64,000 bases of DNA from Mantamonas sphyraenae STR306 (lineage: Eukaryota; Protista; CRuMs), in assembly GCA_026936335.1 (NCBI GenBank), contig JAPMXV010000026.1, forward strand, positions 186,001 through 250,000, written 5' to 3'. The translations under genes were made by a program, and so were the position numbers. Below the pieces are notes generated by a model that had not been told where the DNA came from, made no database searches, and saw nothing but the letters and a program-made list of their open reading frames with translations. Shown one piece after another: positions 23,706-32,900 of the stretch (its first letter is position 1; every line of letters begins with the position of its first letter).

Positions 23706-25080
23706 TTACTGCTCGCTCACGCGCTCAGGCTTCAGAGGCACACCAAAGCTGCATCCCAGTCTCGATGCCAAGGTCGTAAAAGTGACGTGTGGTGATGCGG
23801 AAGAAGCCACGCTCTCCCCACGGCGTGCCCCACGAGTTGCGCACAACCCAGAACTCTTCGCCGTTCTCCACGCCCCAGCCCACCACACTGATGATGTGGT
23901 TGATCATCGGCACAGGGTTGAACTGCGAAAAGATGCCACCCGTGTACGCCTCCAGCTTGGCGTCGGCGTGCACACCGCAGGCAATCGGTCCGCGTGCAAA
24001 GATCTCCGCCTTCATCTCGTGGGGTCCACGCACATGGCCGTAGTCACCCACCTTGTACACTGTGTAGTTGGTTACAGCCACACACTTGCTCGGCGAGCAC
24101 GTGAAGCATCGGTGCTCAGCGTTGCACTCCTGGTTCACCCCCACGTAGTTGTTGCACGTCTCGCTCACCAGTCCCTTGTCGTGTGCATACGCAAACACAC
24201 CAATGGCCGTGCCACCGTCGCATGATCCAGCCCCACCGCAGTCAATCACTTCCTGCGGGCTCAGGTAGTTGTTCGGCCACGCTCCCTTCTGCATGATGTT
24301 CAGACGGTCAGCAATCGACGACGTCGATCTGTGTGGTGTCGTGTCCGTCGCAGTCGCAGTCGGTGGTGTCAGTGTGTGTTGTCGTTGCTGTCACTGTCTC
24401 GTCCATGGTGTCCGTTCAGCTCTCCTTGAGCCCCTGCCTCGCCGCGTTTGCCTCAACGTCTTGGCGAACCTCCCTCTCTTCTCCCTCCCTTGGTCTGCCT
24501 TCTCTCCCAATCCCCTCTCCACACCGGCACCCGCATGCACGCCATCCTTCCCGTCTCGTGCCTCCACCCATTCTCTGCTCTTGTTCTGCACCTGAACCAG
24601 CGCAACGGCGTGCGTTTTGTGCTCGGCTGCCTTCTTTGCCCGCGTGGATTTCCCTCTCCCCGCACCGTCCTCCCGTCGTTTACCCCGCCCCACACCCTCT
24701 CTCTCTCCATCTCTCCCTGCCCATCGGCTTCCCCAGCACCCACTCTCTCCCTCCCATCCTCTCCTTTCCCGCTCATCCACTCACCCCATCGACCAGCACG
24801 AGCCGCAGTACACCGGCATGTGCTGGTTGCGCGTCGGCGACAGAAAGTTGGTGCCGTTGACATTGCGCCAGTCAAACGCATCCGGAAGGTCCTCCAGCTT
24901 GATGTACTCGTGCGGGCGGGGCTCCGTGATGTGTTCAGGGTGAGCAAGCTGCTCCTCCCAGTTCACCACACACGCCTGGCGCTGCACCTCCTGTCCACGC
25001 AGCGGCATGCTAGCCACCATCTGCAGCAGCAGAGCTGCCACAATCACTGCCGTCATTCCACTCTTGGATCCCATCTTCAT
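23706..25080 (-). CDS. CTSZ: Cathepsin Z/X copy 1b (near-identical to 1a); intron 24329-24784; extra G near 23756 shifts the last ~15 codons
   Basis: Same protein as 14063-15438 up to DLGIETG; then gagactgggatgc versus gagactggatgc in copy 1a. Confidence 0.88.
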
Positions 25081-25215
25081 TTGCTGGGGTTGGTTGGTGG
25101 TGGGGTTTTTGTTGGCGCCATCGTCGAACGGAACAGCCACAGGCACCGAGACATCCCCATCCACTGTCCTCTGTCCTCGCGAGTGTCACTGTCCATGCAT
25201 TTATGCCCACCCTTT

Positions 25216-25378
25216 TTACGCACGCAACATTGCCTCTCGGTTCATCAACACCCGCAGCTCCACACGCTTCTCCTCAACACGCTGCGCATCTTTCTCCTGC
25301 ACGTCCATGGGCACCCTCTCCTGGTACTGCGCACTCGCCATGCGTGTCTCGATCCCATCGATTTGCTTTTGCACCTTG
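25216..25378 (-). pseudogene. Duplicated 3' fragment (~54 codons) of valyl-tRNA synthetase
   Basis: Encodes KVQKQIDGIETRMASAQYQERVPMDVQEKDAQRVEEKRVELRVLMNREAMLRA*, identical to the ValRS C-terminus, with no upstream ValRS sequence. Confidence 0.88.
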
Positions 25379-25436
25379 TGGCCTTCTCGATGTGGTTTGC
25401 GTTTGCGCTGCGAACTCGCAGAAAACGCAAACACCC

Positions 25437-26611
25437 ATGGGCCTCTTTTCCAACCTCTTCAAGCGAAAGAGCTCCACCGACGAGAAGAGGAGGAGAAGTC
25501 TCAACAACAGGCTCGCATGCCTCACGTGTATCAGCCGTCGTCGTCGAACAGCTCAACCTGGATCACGTCTGGCGAGGAGGAAAAGGAGTGGAAGACACAT
25601 GGCATGGCGCTGGAACGAGAATTGAACGACGGTGAGATTGAGCTGGTGCAGAGCATCTCCGCGTATGAACGCCGGTACCTGTTGATCAGCGGCCTTTCAT
25701 CGCCCGCAACGGCGTTGACGGAGCTGAAAAAGCTGGTGAAGGAAATAACCGAGCTCTCCACGGCGGCCGGAGAGACGAGCGTGGGCTTTGTGTGCACCGT
25801 TGCGAACGGAACGCTCAAAAGCGACACCAATGGGATGACAGACATGCCGGAGAACATGCTTTTGTGCTTGTCGGTGCCGCCGCCGAGCTTCTGGGTCGAC
25901 TATTTCGACTGCGTGTTTGTGTATAACCACTTCAACTACGCATGGAGCCAGCAAGTCGAGTTTGGCGACCTGCTTGCACGATACGTGGAGTTGGGCGGCA
26001 GTGTGGTGCTGTCGGGCTGTGTGGTGCGCGAAAACTACACGTTCAAGGGAGTGTTCACCAAGGACTATGCGCCCTACGGCATCACACAAAGCAACGGCGG
26101 CAGTAACCTTGAGGCCAAAGTGGAAGACTCTGAATTTGCAACGCATCCTGTGTTTGACGGCTGCACGTCAATCAATCTGGGCGGTCTGTACATTTACTCG
26201 GCGGCCCAGGAATTGCCACCAAACACGCGCTGCCTACTCAAAGCAGGCCAGGAAATCCTGGTCACGGAGCGTGTTTACCCCAACTTTGGGGGCACCAGCA
26301 TGCTGCTCAACTGGTATCCCGTCGACGCCGGGGTGCAATCTGGCATGGGCTTCAAGGTAGACACAGATGGGTACCGCATCCTCTTCAACGCCCTGCGCTA
26401 TGTGCGCCACGTCAGTTGGTCCCTGGAAAACCACCACGTGTTTACCAAACCGTTTCGGGCAGCTGTGTTTGCCGTGGTCATGCTTGCGTACATGGATCCC
26501 GAAGGAAACGAGGAGCACGAGTACGCGTCCGAGCTGCCCTTCCGATGGCACGAGCTTCCCAACGAGGTCATTTTTAACGTGTTTAAGCAACTGGGCAAGA
26601 TGTGGCGATGA
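25437..26611 (+). CDS. Hypothetical protein, possible N-myristoylated; class I glutamine amidotransferase/ThuA-like fold segment; apparent 1-nt indel near 25483
   Basis: MGLFSNLFKRKSSTDE then frame change into EEEEKSQQQARMPH...; FDCVFVY...FGDLLARYVELGGSVVL...HPVFDG...ILFNALRYV; C-terminal WSLENHHVFTKPFRAAV...LPNEVIFNVF. Confidence 0.6.
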
Positions 26612-26661
26612 GAGAGGGAGAGAGAGTGTGTGCGGATCAGGCAATGGACTTTGCTCGTCAT

Positions 26662-28349
26662 TCAGCTCACGGGAAGACCGAGCAGTTTTCGCAGGCCGTC
26701 AAAGGTGAGTGGCCTTCGTTCTACAGCGGACATGAGGTCGTCCTCGCACTGTTTCATGATTTCCGGGTATTGCATGTAGCCTGCGTTGATCTCGAGAAAT
26801 CTAGCGTCGAGGAGGTCTGCGAGCACGCCGAAGCATTCTTGCAAAGGCTGCGGATGCTGTGTGAGGCAAAAGAATTCAAAGAGCGGTGTGGTCCACTGCT
26901 CGTCACTGTTGAGGCTCAACATGCCAAGGAGTTTGGAGGTGACATTGATGCCCGAGGCGCAAAAGGGATAGGTGCGTTCGGGCTCAAACTTGTCCTGGTA
27001 CGCAAGCGTGTGGTGCTCCGCGTAGTAGAGAAGGTTGGTGAGCCCCAGCATGCCCATGCCACGAAAGTCTGTGGCCGGGTCTTTGCCCTGAAAGCCGATC
27101 TTGGACCACATGCGAGAGAGACGTGCGTCGAGGGGCGTGTCGGGCATGCCTAGGTCCCACAATCGCATGAGCATGTGCTCGTGTTCCTCGTTCTCCTTGT
27201 CGTATTTTTGCTCCGAAAGGGCGAGCATGGCGTGCAGGTAGGCCATGGTTTCGCGTTGCACTTGCTTGTGCTTGCGGATGAACGCGCCGAGTGTCTCTTG
27301 GAACTCGTCCGCCATGACTGTGTACACCATCATGTCCTTGGCGCGTGAGGACAATGTCAACCGGAAGCGCTTCATGACACCAAACAGGTGGTGGTCCATC
27401 CAGCCCTCGTCCATGTTCATGTCCAGTCGGAAGGATTGCACTTGGTCGACATACACAAGGTCCGTGGGTCTTTCGTCGTGGTAGTAGACACGTTGTGTCA
27501 AGTGGTCCTCTTTGTGTGATGAGCCGGATGAGGAAGATGAGGAAGATGAGGAAGATGATGATGATGAGGAGGAGGAGGAGGAGGAGGAGCCACCGACGGT
27601 CTCTGGTGAGCCAGGGGAATTAAACACGTTGACAAGTTGCTGCTCACCCTGGTCTTCATGCACGGTGACTTCGACAGTGGCGCGGAGCGGCGCATGCTGG
27701 TTGCAAGTGCGGATTGGTCGTCGAGATCATCGTCGGCGCTGTATGGGTCATTGTCGTCGTCGAGGACAATCAGCTGGTCTTCGGAGAGACCCCCCACAAT
27801 GGAATCGTCGTCTTGTGGGTCGTCGTGTGCAGTGTCGATCGTGTCTGCAGAGGGAGGGTCGTGCTCGTGTTTGGCGCGGCGTGGATGATCAGAATACGGA
27901 GCGCGCTCCGGAACCATGCCGAGGTCAAGGTGGGCTGGCTTGTTGTCGGAGCCTGTGATGTGGCGTGCGCGGAGGGGAAGAAAGAGGATTTGGGCGTAGG
28001 AGGTGATGCGGATGACGTAGAGGAGGTTGGAGCGGACGGCGACGAATTCGTCACCGCGGAGGCGGAGCAGTTGCAGAGCCTGTTTGTGCTCGGCAAGCTT
28101 GCTGGAAAATGCGTTATACTGTGCAATGTACATCTCCTGGCGGGCCTTGTTCTCTTCCTCCTCGGCCGGAGTGGTGTCGAGAGTGACGAGTTGCGCAGTC
28201 GACTCCTCCTCGGCCACCATGCGCTGCTCATGCTGCTCAAACTCCACACGCACCTGTTCCATCAGCTCCAAAGTGATTGTCTTTTTGGTGCGCAGGGCCG
28301 TGATCTTGGCCGGTACGACCACACATGCCGGGTGGCCGCTGGGATCCAT
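26662..28349 (-). CDS. ELMO/CED-12 domain protein (ELMOD family, Arf/Arl GAP-like); apparent 1-nt indel near 27685
   Basis: YDKENEEHEHMLMRLW, WSKIGFQGKDPATDFRGMGMLGLTNLLYY, YPFCASGINVT, YMQYP; N-terminal coiled coil lies in ORF 27498-29132 from MDPSGHP. Confidence 0.85.
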
Positions 28350-28367
28350 TGCAGCAGTTGGCGTGTC

Positions 28368-29887
28368 ATGGCCACGTTCTGGGGCAACACAATGAGCAGC
28401 AAGGAGAACAACAGCAACAGCAGCAGCAGCGACTCTGGATCCACAGCTCTTGACTATGACCGCTTCCGGGCTGTGCTCCTGGGCCAGGCGGTTGGCGATG
28501 CGCTTGGGACGACGGTGGAATTCTCTGCGCCCGGCTCGTTTCAGCCGCTGGAGGACATTGTGGGCGGCGGACCGTTTCAACTGCTGCCAGGCATGTTTAC
28601 AGACGACACAAGCATGGCCTTGTGCCAGGGCGAGAGCGTGGTGTTGCACAGGGGCAAGTTTGACGCGTTGGACATCAGTCGCGCGTTTGTGTCGTGGTAT
28701 CACGACGGCCACATGAGTCCCACGGGGGAATGCTTCGACATCGGGGTCAGCACACGGTCTGCACTCAACATGTTTGCGCGTACAGACACACCGTACCCAA
28801 AGTCGGACAAGGCAGCAGGCAATGGCGGCCTGATGCGCCTGGCGCCGATTGCCATGGCGTACAGCCGTCTGCCACGCGCGTGCATGGCCCTGTGCGGCAA
28901 CAGCAGCCGCACAACACATGGAAGTGCCATGAGTGTGCAGAGCTGCGAGTACTGGGGTGGTTTGATTGCGGGTGCTCTGGCCGGTGTGGACAAGGAAACG
29001 CTTGTGGGCGGTGAGGTGTTTAGCGCCACTGGCGAGGGAGCCGGGTACTGGAGCGACGTGGAGGGCAAGCTGGACAACGACGCGTGGCACGACGCGTACG
29101 ACATGCAGGCGTACGATGTGGACGAGGCGCACTCGATGGTGAAACAGCTGCAGGAGGTTGCAGTGGAGGCGTCGTTCAGGAAGCTGCAGCCGCCGGATAT
29201 CAACAACAGTGGCTTTGTGATCCGGTCGCTGGAGGCTGCGCTGTGGGCTTTCTACACCACGGACGACTTCAAGTCGGGCCTACTGGCGGCAGTGAATTTG
29301 GGCGACGACGCGGACACGGTCGGGGCCATTTACGGCCAGCTGGCAGGAGCCTACTACGGCGTGGGTGGGGACAAGGGCATTCCCGAGGAATGGGTTGCCA
29401 TGCTGTCCATGCGGCCGATCCTGGATGTTCTGTGTGAGGAGCTGTACCGGATCGCGCTTGCATACGACGACCCGGAGGCGTGTGAGGAGCTTGCTGCCGC
29501 GTTGAAGGAGCACAACGTAGAAAGTGCAGCAGAGTTGCCTCCTTCCGTGATCCGAGACCTGGAGCTGACGTCGTGTGCAGTGGATGGGCGCGCCGAGGCA
29601 GTACTTGCTAGCTGGCGGAAACTGGAGGACATGTGCCGCAACGCGGTGGGGCGCACACACGCGGGACCGCACACGTTCAAGAGTGTGTCCGCCATGATGA
29701 TCACGCAGAAGCCATCGCAGAGGAGTGGCGGGAGAGTGCTGAAGAGCTGAGCAAGGAAGATCAAGACGCGTTGATTGAGTGTGCCATGGCGTTTTTCGAG
29801 CAGGCAAAACCTGCAGTGGAGAGGCGTACGGGCGGAGTCATGGGCTCGTTGATGGGGGCGTTGCTTCAGCAGCAGAAGAAAGGGTGA
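28368..29887 (+). CDS. ADP-ribosylglycohydrolase (DraG/ARH family) with C-terminal helical extension; apparent 1-nt indel near 29694
   Basis: LLGQAVGDALGTTVEF, GGGPFQLLPGMFTDDTSMALC, CFDIG, AGNGGLMRLAP, SSRTTH, AVNLGDDADTVGAIYGQLAGAYYG...IPEEW. Start 28368 or 28392. Confidence 0.92.
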
Positions 29888-29986
29888 GGAGGCAATGCAG
29901 CTGCAATATTGGAAGCAACCAATTTTTTTTTGCAAGGAAACCCAGTCATCATGTTTCATCCAGCTAGACAGTCAACACGCCACAAT

Positions 29987-32900
29987 ATGCCAGTGGTGGT
30001 GGTGGTGCTGGTTGTGCTGACATGGTGCGCATGGGCGACGGGCGCAAACGCCTTTTCGGTTGACGCGGTGCAGGGCACAAGTGGCCTGCCCGCAGGAGGC
30101 AATCTGGTGACGATCTTTGGCAGTGGGTTCACTGCCACAGGGAACCAGCGTTGTCGATTTGGACAAAACGACGCATACAAAGTGACACCAGCGTCGTTGA
30201 ACGCGTCGCAGATTGTGTGCCAACAGCCGGCTCTTCCTGCCGGCGTGGCCAAATCGTACCTGCTGGAGGTGACTCTGGACGGGACAAACTACATCACGGC
30301 AGGCGACTACTGGACATACAGTGAGTTGGAGGCAGTTGTGTTTTTTCGGGGCGAAGCAGGTGCGGGTGTCTGCACAGGTGCAGGTTGCCATGCCTGAGCA
30401 AGAGGGACCCGATGGGGATGGAGAGTCGACGTCAGTGGGCGTGCCCTCCTGAGTGGGCGTGTGTGTTTGAGAGTGGTGTGCGGGCAGAACACTGACACTG
30501 ATTTCCGGGTCGAATTTCAGCGACGGCAAGTGTCAAACTCATGCCGGCGGGCCTACAGGGCGATGACCGTCTGGGCAAGAGCATTGCGTTTGACCCTTCG
30601 GGCATGGCGTTCATTGCGAGTGTTTCGCACGAGGACACGGGCAACTCAAACAACGGTGGAGCATGGGGTAAGCGAGGAGCGCGGGGGAGGAGAATTTTGT
30701 TCGTGAGGCGCTGTGGAAACAAGGGCATATATCAGCGCACAGTGACTGACACGGCGCACGGCGCGCATACACCGACAGTGTTTGAGTACAACAGCACAAC
30801 TACTACGTGGGCGAGCAAGGCGTTTCTCAAGCCGTCGGATACGACAGCAAACATGTACACGGGTGAATCAGGTGAGTGAAACTTGCCAAAATCGCCTAAA
30901 CTCGCCCCCTCTGGCAGCATGTGTCTTCAACGCACGCAAATTCCATGAGGGTGCAAGCATTGGGAAATGAGATTGTGTCGATTCGGTACCGCATTGTGTG
31001 TGCGTGGATGTTGCGCTGACACGTTGGACACCTGTGTGCGCAATTGGCCACGGCGCCCCTTCTCCATTCAAAAGTGGGCATGTCCATGACCCACTGTGTG
31101 ATGTGCAGTCGCACACGAAACAGCAACAGAGGGTCGTGCTATGTGTTTCGACGATCAGATTACACGCAGGTGCAGCGGGTGCAGGCGAACAACCCAACGG
31201 ATGGAGACTACTTTGGCATTTCCGTGGGCTTGTTCCACGACACGCTTGTGGTGGGCGCCTATTTGGAGGACTCGGGCGGTTCCAACGCAGGAAACGTGTA
31301 CCTGTTCCACAAGGACCAGGGCGGAACGGACAACTGGGGCCTTGTGCAGCGCATCAACAACGCGGACATTTACCCGGACAACGACCAGCTGGGCCGGTCA
31401 CTGGCAATCCAGCGTGACTTTTTTGTGGCATGCTCGCGAGATGGTGACGGGTTTCGTGGTCTGTGCCAGGTGTATGGGACCACCGCGGCGCAGCGTGTGA
31501 AAATGGTCAAGCTGTGGGCCGAGCCGTCGTACGAGGATCGAGACTACCGGTTTGGGTCATCGGTGGACGCAAGCAGCAAGTACATTGCGGTTGGAGCACG
31601 CGATGGATCTGTGGACTGGGATGGGGCGACGGTGAATGGCGCGGCGTATGTGTTTGAGCGTGTGCCAGCTGGCGTGCCCGAGATGGCAGACACCTGGGGT
31701 CACGTCAAGACGGTGACGTCTACGGATCTCACGACCGGCAGCTACTTTGGCGGTGGCAGGGACGACCAGAACAACAAGGCCATTGGAGTGACAGACTCGG
31801 GCGTTTTGCTGGTCGGCGACTCGGAGCACAACAGCAATCGTGGACGCGCCTACGTGTTTCATAGGGACTACCCCAGCGCGAACCAATGGGGATTGCTGCG
31901 TGTGATTGATGCCGGGGACTCTGGGTCAGGCGACGAGTTTGCCTACGGATTGGCGTTGTCTCCGTTGAGCTTTGCATCGGGGCACGGTTCAACGACGAGG
32001 CTGGCAACAACGCAGGTGCGGTGTATCTGAACCACCCGCAGTGTCCCACAGGCTCATGCCTGGACCTTGTGTCGTTGCACTGTCGCACGTGCAACGTGGA
32101 CATTGTCGAGGTGACGCCGAACGCGGCACCGGTTACCGGGGGCACGAGCATCACAGTGCGTTCGGGTCACTTCCACGGCGCCAACCAAGTGCGCATCGGC
32201 AGCATGACCATGTCATGCACTCCGTCAGGCAACCAGGTGCTCGTGTGCACAACGTTGGGCGGGGTGAGTGCAGATCAAACCGGTGTGACACACACGCCGC
32301 GCGTGGCTCAGTCCGGAACCAGCAATGTGACGGTGCCCTTTGCACCAACGTTCCACTTTTACGATGTGGCGGCGCTGAACATGGCGCTGGACAACAGTGC
32401 CGGGTCGACGGACGGCGAGGCGACGCTGCGTGTGACAGGCACGGGCCTGCCTGTGGGTACACACAGCGCACGATGCAGGCTAGGAGGAGACAACACATTG
32501 TTGGGTATGGTGGAGGTAGTGAGCGCGAGCGAGGCGTTGTGTTACACGCCTGCTGCGACGGCGGCCAATCGCACCGTGGAAGTTGCACTGGACCAGCAGC
32601 ATTGGGTCACAGTCGGGTACTTGGACACACGATCTGTGAGCACGCAAGATCTGAGCATGCCGGGTGTGCAGGATGGCGACCGGTTCGGCAGCTGTCTTGC
32701 GTTTTCGGACGAGTATGCGTTTGTGGGTGCGGAAGAGGACGATTCGGATTACGGGTCGGTGCAGGTGTACAAACAGGATGTCGGGACGGGCGAGTGGACG
32801 TTTGTGAAGAAGCTTCAGGCGCCCATTGTGGTGGCTACAGGTCGGTTTGGCGCGTCGTGTGCAGCGCAGTCGGGATGGCTGGTTGTGGTTGCCCGTTCTT

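Larger units (their letters stand above)
23587..25385 (-). repeat. Right arm of ~1.8 kb inverted duplication
   Basis: Reverse complement of 13761-15545. Confidence 0.95.

Noticed and set aside
13761-25385. Composite transposon or DNA transposon with long terminal inverted repeats
   Set aside because: The arms are ordinary host genes; no transposase and no target-site duplication recognised.
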